64,000 nucleotides of DNA from an uncultured bacterium (GCA_964512995.1 CAZELM010000002.1:18637-82636), one strand, 5' to 3'; numbered from the stretch's first letter, positions 40,836 through 51,795 are shown. A program made the numbers and translations. The notes: generated by a model not told the origin, from the sequence alone.

Positions 40836-43046
40836 ATGGAGGTGCATGAAATGGCTACGCGACCTGGTTCACGATACATCGATCAAATCACACACGTGAT
40901 GCTCATTTGCATTGCGATCGGATTTCACATTCCATGTGGGAGATGCGGTGATCCCAACTCACCGGATCTGTCAATTTCAGTTGTTCCAAATCGAATGTAT
41001 TTTTCGGGATCGACTCCATTTCAACTGGATGTGTTCATCACCAATACAAGTTCAGCGCACCATCATGCGGATCTGTATGTTGCCTTAGAAATACAAGGAG
41101 AATATTATTTATACCCCAGTTTCAGAAATGGGTTGGATTATAAAAAAATCAGTATTCCGCCCGGAACAACAATCCATCAGGAGATTATCCCTGGAATTGA
41201 TCTTCCTTCAGAACTTCCGTTACTGCGGATACCGGTCTATGCTGTCTGCACAAAACGCGATACATTCACACCGGTCTCAAATCTGGATACAATCTCATTA
41301 TTCTTTCAAACCTTGTGGCCAGAACTTCCATTCCCGGACATTAGAAATACATTTTATTTTATGCCAGGAGGACGAACGATCGACTGCCGTCAGAATCAGG
41401 CTCGATTTGATGAGTTTTCCGAAGCGATATACTCCCATTTCCCACCTCAGGGATTATATATGCGCCTGGGAGTCAGTGTCACTGATCCGGTCAAATACCC
41501 GGAGCATGTATCCTGTGCCACATTTGCTGCCGAAAAAGCAGACCAAGCAAATCTTGCTTTGGGACTTCACATTGGCGTCACATCTCATCATCTGTCTGGA
41601 TTCATGGAAGAATTACGTCTTACTGATCGACGGTTCAATCAATGGGAATCGGATGGTACGATCTATAATAACAGCCCCAGTGACCTGACCTGTATCACCC
41701 TTTCTCGAATGGCAACCGGACTAATGGATGCCCGGAAGCTTCTGAGCGGAATCTATTCTGAGGGATTTCACAATGCGTCTCTGGAATATCCCGGTTGTTT
41801 GATTTATGCGAGTGGTCCAATTGAAGTAGAACAACGTCGAGCACTCAATGAGACGCCTCATTATGCAGATTATAGTCCATTTGCAATCGCTGAGTTTCGG
41901 GACTGGATTTGCCACAAAGGGATCTATGATGATGTACATGGTGAATTTGCCGGCCAGGGAGTATTCCTCAGTTTGATTGATAACAATGATTTTTCTGCGG
42001 ATCTATCTCCAGATGTTCATCAAGGTGACGGACCGAGCTTCAATGAATATTTTGGCACCCATTTCCGCTCCTGGACTTTGAAATATTGGGATCTGGAACG
42101 ATTTCCTGATCCAATGCCGCTTATTGCTTCTCCCCTGCCATTGCCGGATGAACCCGGATATTTTTCCGATGGCTTTGATGCGCCTCGTCTGACCGATGGC
42201 AATCTCATTGGAGGGAACGCACGATTTCACGAAATCTGGGATGGTTATTTAAATGAATATGGATATGGATTTCGACAGGCAATGGTTATGAATTATGTGA
42301 GTGACAGTGCTCGATGGTTAACAGAAAATGGATTGCCGGTAGAACGAAATTTTACGCATCAAATCCCTGCTGATTTCATCGGAAACTGGATCCGTCTGAA
42401 AGGTTCCGCTTCTCCGTTCTGGACCGCAATCAATCCTTACAGCAACATGGGCTTCACAACGTATTGGGAAACTGCTCTGAATGAACCATTATTTAAGATC
42501 GTCTCTGATCTTTCAGGCCGATGGGGTATTTTTGAGTATCATCCGGATCCATTTATGACGCATGATAAACTGTTTTTTGCACAAGCACTGGACCTCGTAT
42601 ATCGATATCGGGTTCAAATCATCTGTCCCCTGCATTTATTTTCAACAGCAGAGGGAACATATCCGCTCATCGGTACGCCGTTTGAAGAAGCTTTAAACGA
42701 TTTTTTCACTGCATCTTGGCCAGGGACGGACCATCGACGATTTGATCAGCCCTATTTCAATCAGGCATGGGTCGACTATCTACCTCCACCAGTCCAAGAC
42801 TTGCAGATGACCAGCACGACACTGACCTGGTCTGAAACCATCTGGCCGCAACGGCGGGATCTCACATGGGTGAATTGGGGTGAATTTGACCACTTTGAAA
42901 TTTTCCAGGGTATGATCGCTGACTTTGTTCCCAATCCCGGGAATCGAATCGGAAAAACCACACAATACTCTTTCCCGATCATGCAACCCGGTCATTACAA
43001 AGTTCTGGCAGTATCAAAATCTGGATTGACGTCTCCAATTGATTGA
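40836..43046 (+). CDS. Large hypothetical protein (736 aa), possibly exported.
   Basis: Long ORF. An internal MLICIAIGFHIPCGRCG could be a signal or lipobox. I recognise no catalytic motifs. Confidence 0.45.
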   Translation: MEVHEMATRPGSRYIDQITHVMLICIAIGFHIPCGRCGDPNSPDLSISVVPNRMYFSGSTPFQLDVFITNTSSAHHHADLYVALEIQGEYYLYPSFRNGLDYKKISIPPGTTIHQEIIPGIDLPSELPLLRIPVYAVCTKRDTFTPVSNLDTISLFFQTLWPELPFPDIRNTFYFMPGGRTIDCRQNQARFDEFSEAIYSHFPPQGLYMRLGVSVTDPVKYPEHVSCATFAAEKADQANLALGLHIGVTSHHLSGFMEELRLTDRRFNQWESDGTIYNNSPSDLTCITLSRMATGLMDARKLLSGIYSEGFHNASLEYPGCLIYASGPIEVEQRRALNETPHYADYSPFAIAEFRDWICHKGIYDDVHGEFAGQGVFLSLIDNNDFSADLSPDVHQGDGPSFNEYFGTHFRSWTLKYWDLERFPDPMPLIASPLPLPDEPGYFSDGFDAPRLTDGNLIGGNARFHEIWDGYLNEYGYGFRQAMVMNYVSDSARWLTENGLPVERNFTHQIPADFIGNWIRLKGSASPFWTAINPYSNMGFTTYWETALNEPLFKIVSDLSGRWGIFEYHPDPFMTHDKLFFAQALDLVYRYRVQIICPLHLFSTAEGTYPLIGTPFEEALNDFFTASWPGTDHRRFDQPYFNQAWVDYLPPPVQDLQMTSTTLTWSETIWPQRRDLTWVNWGEFDHFEIFQGMIADFVPNPGNRIGKTTQYSFPIMQPGHYKVLAVSKSGLTSPID

Positions 43047-43057
43047 ATGGGACAGTA

Positions 43058-43789
43058 TCAATGATGAGAGAGTTGTGTATTGAAAGCCGGGATATCCGCC
43101 AGTGGCTTATTGATACGTCCTTGAGATAGCAGCATCAGGGAATAATCTCCGGATGGCTCTTTGATTCTAAGCTCCTCCAGGAGATAATCGCTGTTAAATT
43201 TCACTGTAATGCAATCGATTACCTGTGATAGTGACTCTGATTTGGGTGTCAACGTGACAACATGCATCGGGTTGTTACCAGAGGTTTCTGATAGAATAAA
43301 ATGTGATGCTATTTTGGTTTGCTGATTATCAAGAATCCATAATAAAAAATTGACCACAGGTTGTATATCCGGTTGTCTGGCTAAATCCAATCTATCGATA
43401 TGATTGGTCTCATGATAGGTGACCGTCAATTCCGCATTTGTGTGCCAGGTTGTTTCCAGTGCAGGTTGTTCCTCTTTTCGGATTAATTCACCTGGTTTCT
43501 TATAGAATAACCATCCCTGACTCCGAAATGGTTCCGCCAAAAACCGAACATGCTTTTCTTCCTGATAAAACGCGGAGAACGTCTGGATCTCGCTCATGTG
43601 GCTCCAAAAATCTGTCATCTTATCTTCTGTTGATACGATTGACGTCCGGGAAATAATCATCTGTGGATCATTGGATGACGAATTAGTCTGACTCAATACC
43701 GGTATCAATCCACCGGCATAGAATAATACGAGAATGATCAGAAATCGATTCATCAAAACTCCGCTTGAGGGGACCGAGTAAGTAATCAC
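43058..43789 (-). CDS. Hypothetical periplasmic protein, LolA-like fold suspected.
   Basis: The signal peptide is MNRFLIILVLFYAGGLIPVLSQ. The 4-nt overlap with the upstream beta-barrel gene suggests co-transcription. The functional call is weak. Confidence 0.35.
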   Translation of the reverse strand: MITYSVPSSGVLMNRFLIILVLFYAGGLIPVLSQTNSSSNDPQMIISRTSIVSTEDKMTDFWSHMSEIQTFSAFYQEEKHVRFLAEPFRSQGWLFYKKPGELIRKEEQPALETTWHTNAELTVTYHETNHIDRLDLARQPDIQPVVNFLLWILDNQQTKIASHFILSETSGNNPMHVVTLTPKSESLSQVIDCITVKFNSDYLLEELRIKEPSGDYSLMLLSQGRINKPLADIPAFNTQLSHH

Positions 43790-44436
43790 CAGCGTTCTTT
43801 GCTTTTAATCATCCGTAGATGGAAACGTGCACCGACACGCCAATCGTTCCATGTATAGGATTCGTCATTTCCCTTAAAAGCCACTCGATGACGGTGAAGT
43901 GACGTGCTTAACTCAATTCCCTTGAAGATCTGATATCCAATACCTGCTCCATAATTGATTCCCAGATCTGCGGATTCTGTCGATGTTCCATCCAACCACC
44001 ATGCTTTGTCGGTTTCCCAGATATAAAGCCCCAAACCACCGGATGCAGATACATTCCATTTTTTCCAGAATGGGTAAACAATCTGCCCCCCCACTGACAC
44101 GCTCATGATGGAAAAATCGGCATTCTGTGATGGTCTGGATAAATTGAAATATTCGACACCACCCAGAACACCCAGATACTGATTATACATATAACTGAAC
44201 AAGATACCCGTCCCGTATTCCCGGCCATAGCGCTGGCTTAATTCATCCTTTGGATCGATCACATTCAATCCAACCTGGACGCTCAGTTGATCGGCTCTGA
44301 CCATTTCGGGTTTAAAAAAAACAATTAATGACAGTACACCCACAACTAACATTTCCACTCCATGTAATCGCTTCATCAACATGATACTCCTTGCGCCTGA
44401 TCTGTAAAAACCGCTTCTCCGTTTTTCTATTGTCAA
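43786..44436 (-). CDS. Small outer-membrane beta-barrel protein (OmpW/OmpA-like).
   Basis: The signal peptide is MKRLHGVEMLVVGVLSLIVFFKPEMVRA. It has alternating amphipathic beta-strand patterns and an aromatic C-terminal residue. The start is probably the internal MKRLHG. Confidence 0.45.
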   Translation of the reverse strand: MTIEKRRSGFYRSGARSIMLMKRLHGVEMLVVGVLSLIVFFKPEMVRADQLSVQVGLNVIDPKDELSQRYGREYGTGILFSYMYNQYLGVLGGVEYFNLSRPSQNADFSIMSVSVGGQIVYPFWKKWNVSASGGLGLYIWETDKAWWLDGTSTESADLGINYGAGIGYQIFKGIELSTSLHRHRVAFKGNDESYTWNDWRVGARFHLRMIKSKERW

Positions 44437-44642
44437 AAAAAATATATTCTCACGTTTTCAGGAACCAGATGACTGGCTTCCAACTGTGGATTTCCCTTGG
44501 AAAGATCCTATAAGATCAACATACTGAAATTGTTTCGGTTCCAATATATTCTGCTCTACAGTATCATTCACTATCCGATAATCCAGTTTACAAAACCATT
44601 CCAGAGATAAAATTTCAACCTGTAACAGATAAAAATTGGGGA

Positions 44643-45008
44643 GGAGTTTAACTGTAAGCCGGGTTCTGTACCTGATGAACAGGTGGTGATCATTCATCTA
44701 GGATACCCGTTACCGAGTATCTCCAGCAACCTACCCTGAAGCTTCGAACGGGCCGCCCTCAAACGCTTCTCTATTTGGTCTTGCTCCAAATGGGGTTTAC
44801 CGAGCCGCTCCGGTCACCCGAACCGCTGGTGAGCTTTTACCTCACCGTTTCACCCTTGCCTGAGCCGCAAATTGGCCATCGGCGGTTTGCTTTCTGTTGC
44901 ACTTTCCGTGGGGTCACCCCCCCTGGGAATTACCCAGCATTTTGCCCTATGGAGCCCGGACTTTCCTCCCGTAGCAGACGCTACCGGCAATCACCCGATA
45001 AACTCCAC
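44643..45008 (-). ncRNA. rnpB: RNase P RNA (bacterial type A).
   Basis: The reverse complement contains GGGAGGAAAGUCCGGGCUCCAUAGGGCAAAAUG and the 3' motif ACAGAACCCGGCUUA. P1 pairs GGAGUUUA (5') with UAAACUCC (3'). It also contains AAACCGCCGAUGGCC and GGUAAACCCCA. The overlapping + ORF 44775..45062 is the familiar spurious RNase P translation. Confidence 0.9.
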
Positions 45009-45063
45009 CCCAACAATGTCATTATAATACATCCCATAAAATCAATCATTACATTTCCATAAA

Positions 45064-46068
45064 TCAAATGAACCACTTCGAGCGGATCCAATCAATCGTA
45101 TCTTTAAGAGTGACCTGGATATCCCGGGGTTCCCAGGACAATTCCTCCCGAATCTTTTTCGTTGATAAAAATTGATGTTTCCCTGCGAATTCGCGGATCA
45201 AATCCATGGTTATCTGACGTTGGGTTCCCGTGAATTTTGAAGATATCCAATCCAGGCAACACAACGGAACCAAAAGCGGCACGGGCAAAGTCCCCACTGG
45301 CATCCGAATCGTTCTGTCTAATTCATTCAGTTTCCTCAAAAGAGTCATCATATCGAAGTATTCTGTCGAAACGATATAGCGGCCATTTGCTGTCGGAGAT
45401 TCATAAGCCAGCCTATGAGCCTCTGCCACATCGCGGACATCCACGTAACTGAATGCTAATGGCAATGCAAATGGGATTCGACCCGTCATCGCTTTATAGA
45501 TAATCTCCGTTGATGGCGTATGACGGTAAAAACCAGGACCAATGACTCCAGAAGGACAGATCGTAATCAGGTTTATATCTTTTGAATAGACATACTCCCA
45601 TGCTTTTTTCTCGGCATCACGTTTTGCGATGAAGTAGGGACTCCTCGCCGATGTATTCCAGTCACTTTCTGTCAAAGGCTCCTGGATGCTTGAATCTGTG
45701 CCTACCGCAGCCACGCTGGATGTAAATATCACCTTTCTGATCTTCCGTTCGTAACAGGCTTTCAACACATTCAATCCACCCATAATGCTTGGTTCGATAA
45801 TATCTCGAACCGGATCAGGAGACCAAAGAGCATAGACTGCTGCGAGATGAAACACACCATCCACGCCTTCCATCGCCTTCATGATACTGTCCTGGTCCAT
45901 AATATCCACATACACTCGCTCGATATCCAATCCGTCCAGTGATTTCATTTTCTGCGGATCACCCGGATCCCGAACTCCTGCTCGAACCCGATAATTCTTA
46001 TTGAGTAATAGTCGGACCAGATTATTACCGATATGGCCGTTTGCTCCTGTTACCAACACAAAACCCAT
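45064..46068 (-). CDS. NAD-dependent epimerase/dehydratase (extended SDR).
   Basis: VLVTGANGHIGNNLVRLLL is the Rossmann motif and YFIAK is the YxxxK catalytic motif. The 334-aa length fits an extended SDR. Confidence 0.8.
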   Translation of the reverse strand: MGFVLVTGANGHIGNNLVRLLLNKNYRVRAGVRDPGDPQKMKSLDGLDIERVYVDIMDQDSIMKAMEGVDGVFHLAAVYALWSPDPVRDIIEPSIMGGLNVLKACYERKIRKVIFTSSVAAVGTDSSIQEPLTESDWNTSARSPYFIAKRDAEKKAWEYVYSKDINLITICPSGVIGPGFYRHTPSTEIIYKAMTGRIPFALPLAFSYVDVRDVAEAHRLAYESPTANGRYIVSTEYFDMMTLLRKLNELDRTIRMPVGTLPVPLLVPLCCLDWISSKFTGTQRQITMDLIREFAGKHQFLSTKKIREELSWEPRDIQVTLKDTIDWIRSKWFI

Positions 46069-46119
46069 GAAACGCTTCTCCCTCTCCCCTCGACAGTTTT
46101 ATGGAATCGTATACGATCG

Positions 46120-48006
46120 CTACTTGAACAGAAATCGAGAAATGAACTCCCGCTGCTGTGGCTCATTTACAAATTCAGTTATTACCTGCCAATCAATAGA
46201 TGTGGCATTAAAATCGATATTGCCGATATAATGCATGAACACCGTGAAATCTCCAAGATATGCCGCACGTACAGCGCCAATCACACTGGCAGACTCGACA
46301 AAGCCCCGTGGGAACTCACCCTCATCCCACTCATCGATTTTTCCCTCAAGCGTATTTTGCCAATCGCTGTTCCATGTTGTATTGGATGGAGCGAATACCA
46401 GCGCCCAAAATAAAACGACTACCGTCCAGAGGGAAAAAGAAGCGACAATTATATTTCTCCCCCATCGAAAACGCTCCCAGCATTTCAAGCATACCGATGA
46501 AATGAGCAAAATTGAAAAGATAATGAGTGCTCCCTGAAAGTAATCCCATGTATGCGCTTTGGAAACCAAAGTGAAGCGATGCGACAAAATTTTTGCGACT
46601 CCCTGGGAAAAGGCCTCGAAAGGAGTCTCCCAGCGACCTGCATGAGCGAAAAAAATCTGCTCTCCAGACTTGAACGGATCCGGCTTTCCAAAAAACAACA
46701 GGGATAAATCATAATTGTAATAACGATGTGCGCTTAATGTAACGATCGCCCAGACTGACGACAGAAATACAAACAGGACACGGTGTCGTGTTTTCATGTT
46801 CGTCAGGACACAAGCCAATCCCAAACCTGCCATGGGTGTCAAAGAGGACAGTCTGCGTGGACCATAAGAACTGCCACCCCACCAATCGAACGGGCATGCT
46901 GAAATGTAAATAGCAATTGGGATTGATGCGGTCAATCCGATCAGCAACCGTTTTTTCCCGACGGGCATCGGTTTCCATAGAGAAAAATAAATCCCTATCA
47001 ACCCGATGGCGAACACGGGTGCCCACGGCAAAAGCCCGTTGTAACTGCTGAACAGGAAGGATCGGATATGGGGTTGAGACCAGTGCATAAAATGCTTTTC
47101 ATGTGTTCGGAGGAACCATTCGCCATATTGGATGTAAAAAAAAGAATACTGAATTGTAATAACAGAAAAAAAACTCAAAACAACTGCAATAAAACTATAT
47201 GTTCTGGAACGATCCCATTTTTTTTCGAACAATAGATGAAAAAGGATGGGAACAGCCAAGCAGCCCCAAATGAGGTTATCCTGCCACCGACTGATTCCCA
47301 TCATACCGGCTGTCAATCCCAATTGTATCCCTTCCATGATCCTCGGGTGTTCCAGCCACCTCACACATGAGTGGATCATCAAAACACTCCAGAATGCACT
47401 GAGAAGGTGCGAATTCCCATACGATTGAAGTCCATAAAAAAATAAAGGACCCGAGATAATGCTCAGATAGGCGGAGAGGTATCCGATATCCTTAGAATAA
47501 CCTACCGTTTCAATCAAACGAGCTATCGCTTGAACTGTTATGATAAACGCAAGCATCGAGCCGATCATGATTGCGATATACAGATTATTGCGATATTCCA
47601 CCGGATCGGACAACAAAAGAACCGGCCATGTATACCACCCATGCGTCACTGCGAAACCAGCACCAAAGGCATTTTTCAAAGCTCCAGAAGGAAATGTAAT
47701 GGTCAATGCTCTGAATTTTTCGGAAAAAACCAAATTTGATGCAATGATGTTATTTTGGAGAAACAGATCTCCATCGCATATCGGAGATATTAATTGAGAC
47801 AAAAAAAACGTCTCATCCCATCCATAAAAAGAAGCCAGCCAAAAGAATTTCCACAAAAAGAGGAATCCGATCACAGGCCATCGGATTGCTTTTATACCCT
47901 TTGCCAGCCACGGATAACACCCTGGCATTCTGAAAATATTCATGATGGATCTTGTTTCCTTCCGGCATCCAGAATATCTCTGAATGCACTTCCCATCATC
48001 GGACAT
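46120..48006 (-). CDS. Large polytopic membrane protein (628 aa), possible GT-C-type glycosyltransferase or YfhO-like.
   Basis: More than 12 hydrophobic segments, with large loops containing Trp/Asp/Glu-rich regions. I see no soluble catalytic motif, so the function is inferred from topology only. Confidence 0.5.
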   Translation of the reverse strand: MSDDGKCIQRYSGCRKETRSIMNIFRMPGCYPWLAKGIKAIRWPVIGFLFLWKFFWLASFYGWDETFFLSQLISPICDGDLFLQNNIIASNLVFSEKFRALTITFPSGALKNAFGAGFAVTHGWYTWPVLLLSDPVEYRNNLYIAIMIGSMLAFIITVQAIARLIETVGYSKDIGYLSAYLSIISGPLFFYGLQSYGNSHLLSAFWSVLMIHSCVRWLEHPRIMEGIQLGLTAGMMGISRWQDNLIWGCLAVPILFHLLFEKKWDRSRTYSFIAVVLSFFSVITIQYSFFYIQYGEWFLRTHEKHFMHWSQPHIRSFLFSSYNGLLPWAPVFAIGLIGIYFSLWKPMPVGKKRLLIGLTASIPIAIYISACPFDWWGGSSYGPRRLSSLTPMAGLGLACVLTNMKTRHRVLFVFLSSVWAIVTLSAHRYYNYDLSLLFFGKPDPFKSGEQIFFAHAGRWETPFEAFSQGVAKILSHRFTLVSKAHTWDYFQGALIIFSILLISSVCLKCWERFRWGRNIIVASFSLWTVVVLFWALVFAPSNTTWNSDWQNTLEGKIDEWDEGEFPRGFVESASVIGAVRAAYLGDFTVFMHYIGNIDFNATSIDWQVITEFVNEPQQREFISRFLFK

Positions 48007-48168
48007 GAGTTAGAGCGATGACTACTAACCTCTTCACTATAACAAAAATCCATGATTCAATGTCAGTGTGGATTCTAATTCATTCCGTGTGCATGGTACG
48101 ATAGCGAACAACCCGTTAATAACAGACGCGGACAGCAACCACGCGAATCGATAAACCGCTACCATCGA

Positions 48169-48687
48169 TTACCGTAATTCATCGATGTTGTTTTCGATAG
48201 ACGTATCTGCCTCTTCTTTTCTGATCATTTTCAGACTCTCACTATTCAGGGAATGAGAAGCGGACGGGTTGATGACTCTCTTCAGGAACGGGATGATTCC
48301 CCTCTGATACCGTGTAATCTCCTGTTCCGCTTCTTTTAAAGTCGTTTGCCATGCTGGAGCGAATCCAGGTGCATTTTGAAACATGAACTGCAGAGCCTTG
48401 TCGTAAATATAGAGCAATTCCAATTCTTTACGCCCCGGTTTGTCCCGCAGATTCTGGATAGTGATTCTCAGGTTTTCATTTTCCTTGCGTATTCGCTCAA
48501 GTTCATTTTTGCGATTTTCATTCGCCTCAGCGTCCATCTCCATCTTGAGGTGAAGTTGCTTCTGGAGTTGGCGGTACTGATTCCGCATCTCACGAATCTT
48601 TATCGTCGAGCTGATAAATAAAAGAAGACAAATACATAATCCGGTGATAAAGCCCAATGTAAAGGGGTGTCTGAGTATTTCTTCCAT
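48169..48687 (-). CDS. Membrane-anchored coiled-coil protein.
   Basis: N-terminal TM FITGLCICLLLFISSTI, then heptad-like REMRNQYRQLQKQLHLKMEMDAEANENRKNELERIRKENENLRITIQNLR. Confidence 0.45.
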   Translation of the reverse strand: MEEILRHPFTLGFITGLCICLLLFISSTIKIREMRNQYRQLQKQLHLKMEMDAEANENRKNELERIRKENENLRITIQNLRDKPGRKELELLYIYDKALQFMFQNAPGFAPAWQTTLKEAEQEITRYQRGIIPFLKRVINPSASHSLNSESLKMIRKEEADTSIENNIDELR

Positions 48688-48951
48688 GAATCGCTCCTTA
48701 TCGGACGACAGCCACCGGGGTGATTGTCCGGATGTTCCACTGCATGTTCATATCACTCAATCACAGATCCAGTCGAAAGCTCAGTCACAGGACCTTGATC
48801 CATCATCCCCAAAATAAAAACCCCGTTGAACCTGTAGATACAAGCGGTTAGAATGATTTTAGCAGAAACATTCAATCACCAACGAGGATTGCCAATAATA
48901 GCTCAAAAATGATTGCCTTTCAAATATGAAATGATGGAATCCGGCTACCAC

Positions 48952-51096
48952 CTATTCATGGAGATGTGGAGAGGGAACGATCGCAGTGCGGATGTGAATA
49001 TCCCGCTGGGGATAGGGGATCTCTATCCCAGCTTTTTCTAATTCATCAAAAATTTGAAAGTACAGTGCACTTCGTACTTCCTTTTCGCTGATCCTGCGGA
49101 TATCAATCCAGACGAAAAGAACGAAATTAATGGCACTATCACCATAACTTTCAAACCAGACTCCCGGATTGCGTTTACGGCTGATGGATGGATTGGCTTC
49201 TGCACAACGAAGCAAGATCGTTTCAACGTCCCGCGGTTTCGCCTGATAGGAGACTCCGATCGGTATATGAATCCGAATTTCGGGATCCGATAGTGTATAA
49301 TTGACAATTGTAGTCGCTGAAATCTGGTTATTGGGAATCAGATATTCAATGTTATCCGGATTTGTAATTTTGGTTGCCCGTAAATGAACCTCTTTGACAA
49401 CACCCAACGTTCCTCCAATCTCAATCCAGTCCCCCTTCCGTATCCGTCTCCCAAGAATTAACAATAATCCGCTGATCATGTCTGCAGCTAAATTTTGGAG
49501 TCCGAAGCCCAACCCAATACCGATTGCTCCAGCAAACACCATTAATACACGAAGATCCAGACCGATGACGCGAAGTGTGACGAGTCCGCCAATCGTAATT
49601 ACTAAGTAGCCGATAAAAAGATTGATCGAATATGCCATTCCTTCATCCAAGCCAATGGATGGATAGATCCGATAATCTAAAAAAGCTCTGATAATTTTTG
49701 AAATATAAATAAAAACCAAAAAAATGAATCCTGATTTGAATAGAATCCAAATCGAGATCGATGATTTTCCTATCATGATAAATGGAGGTGATGTTACTCG
49801 GATGATTGGCTCCGAAATTCCCAATAATTTCGATAGAATGACAACCATTGATGTAATGGTGATCAACAGCAGCAATGTCCGAAGGGTCCGATGAAGGTGA
49901 TGTGCTGATTCGTGGCTGATATCCTTGAGTTCGATCCAATGCTGGAGCCATTGATGAAGTCGATCATAGAGCAGCATGATCCCGATGAAAGCGAACGCGA
50001 CCACCCAGCTCTTCATCCACAAAAACTGAGATAATGTTCTATAACCGAAACTCCACAATAATCCAGTCAAAAAGGTGGCGGTCATGATCACATAATAGAG
50101 ATGGATGACGCCATTGTAGAATATTTGATATAATCGATAAGGCAAATCCAGGATTAAACTCACCATCGCAGGTTTGTTGATGACCAGGATACCTGATGCG
50201 ATCACAATACTGAATGAGATAAGAAATTTTAATAAACTCAAGATATCTGCCGGAAGTTCAAAAATTTCTGCCCCCTGGTACAATGCATCACAAAACAAGA
50301 CATAGACAACGACTATCCGGGATGCCCGAAATAACGAGGCACCATGTGCAATCGAAATGGGAAACAATCCTCTGATCAGCGTGACCTGAAGCATGGACAA
50401 CACCAATGCTCCCACTGCCCAAATCTTCAACGCCTCTCCTGATAACAAGAACCACGCAGCCGAATAATTTATCATTGCACTGATCAATCGGTAGAATCCA
50501 TATAATATGAACGGTACTAAAGATGCAGCAATGATATATAACAATCCGGTAAAAAATGGAGAATATGATAGAGGGAGATGTTTTTCGATGGGTTTTGCGA
50601 GATCTACCAATCTACTCAATACTCGTTTTCTGCCAATGATACTATACGCCATTACTCCCAGAAAACTCATGATGATGAGGGAGCCGATGATGCCGAGGAA
50701 TCGACCTTGCTCCATAATATGCTGGATTAAGGAAGGTATTTTCGTTGGCAAAGCAATAAACCACTCCACCAATTTATAGATCGTTTTGGTAGTAAATTGC
50801 AGCGGTTCTCGGTGAAACAATGACTTCGCTTGCTTATGCAATTCCTTCTGTACTTCGACCGCTTCCGCCATGATACTCTCACCCATGTCTTCCGGTAATG
50901 AGATGGCCGTCTCATCTCCGGTGTGATCGGTTTTCTTTTCGGCACGACATGAACATTCAGGAAAGAAAACCCAAAAACACAAGACGACAAAAATCCAGAT
51001 ACCGTTCATTCTCCCATGGGAGCTTTTCATCGGACATCTCCTTTTTCTGCATGGTGCATAAACTATGACGGTAAATGCTGATTCTGATGTGAACAT
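48952..51096 (-). CDS. Mechanosensitive ion channel, MscS family (MscK-like large form).
   Basis: Multiple TM segments are followed by the MscS core (LVTLRVIGLDLRVLMVFAGAIGIGLGFGLQNLAADMISGLLLILGRRIRKGDWIEIGG...GVVKEVHLRATKI). Confidence 0.8.
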   Translation of the reverse strand: MFTSESAFTVIVYAPCRKRRCPMKSSHGRMNGIWIFVVLCFWVFFPECSCRAEKKTDHTGDETAISLPEDMGESIMAEAVEVQKELHKQAKSLFHREPLQFTTKTIYKLVEWFIALPTKIPSLIQHIMEQGRFLGIIGSLIIMSFLGVMAYSIIGRKRVLSRLVDLAKPIEKHLPLSYSPFFTGLLYIIAASLVPFILYGFYRLISAMINYSAAWFLLSGEALKIWAVGALVLSMLQVTLIRGLFPISIAHGASLFRASRIVVVYVLFCDALYQGAEIFELPADILSLLKFLISFSIVIASGILVINKPAMVSLILDLPYRLYQIFYNGVIHLYYVIMTATFLTGLLWSFGYRTLSQFLWMKSWVVAFAFIGIMLLYDRLHQWLQHWIELKDISHESAHHLHRTLRTLLLLITITSMVVILSKLLGISEPIIRVTSPPFIMIGKSSISIWILFKSGFIFLVFIYISKIIRAFLDYRIYPSIGLDEGMAYSINLFIGYLVITIGGLVTLRVIGLDLRVLMVFAGAIGIGLGFGLQNLAADMISGLLLILGRRIRKGDWIEIGGTLGVVKEVHLRATKITNPDNIEYLIPNNQISATTIVNYTLSDPEIRIHIPIGVSYQAKPRDVETILLRCAEANPSISRKRNPGVWFESYGDSAINFVLFVWIDIRRISEKEVRSALYFQIFDELEKAGIEIPYPQRDIHIRTAIVPSPHLHE

Positions 51097-51795
51097 ACCT
51101 GAAAGTCGCTGATTTCCTCTTCCCTTCGATCGAATTCATTCCTTGTTTATGTTCGTCCTCTTCAAAATCCATTTACACCTGCCTGACAGGATTGAGTGCT
51201 GCGATCCCTATTGGAAATCAAGGCTAATCTTATCAATAATCCATCGATAAATCATCATGTGATGGCTGGTGATCGTTCTGATTTCCAACCTGATTGAGAA
51301 AATCGGTCAAAAACCCAAGAAGCCTAACCGTATCTGAGTTTCAAAAAGGGTTCCTGATATATCTGAAATAATCGACTCGTTTTTTCGTGTTGTTTTTTTT
51401 ACTCAAAAGAATATTTTTTTGTTTCATCTTATCTCAAACAATCAGAAGGATAGTTCTACCGACGATCCCCCGTCCAAAATTCTGATTTCTCTTCATCAAT
51501 GTGGAACGACATATCCGATATTTCTGCTTTCCTTCTCAGGTTGGAGGATTTTAGATGGAATGATGGAAATATCCTGCCGGAATTGTTATCATAATATAAG
51601 CGTATCTGATAAAAGTGATCTATCGAGCAGATTTTGACAAATGCGTAACACTTGTATCGACCTATAGGGAAAAGTAGCTATTCCAAATTCAAAAATCTGA
51701 CTTGATCTCGAGTGATGGATCAACATATTGGAAAAACGAATGTATCGAAAAATGGAGATACTTTCAGAAATGTTCCATGGTAATTTAGAGTTACA

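Noticed and set aside
44775-45062. 95-aa + ORF (MVLLQMGFTEPLRSPEPLVSFYLTVSPLP...).
   Set aside because: It lies entirely within RNase P RNA on the opposite strand. This is the classic spurious translation of rnpB.
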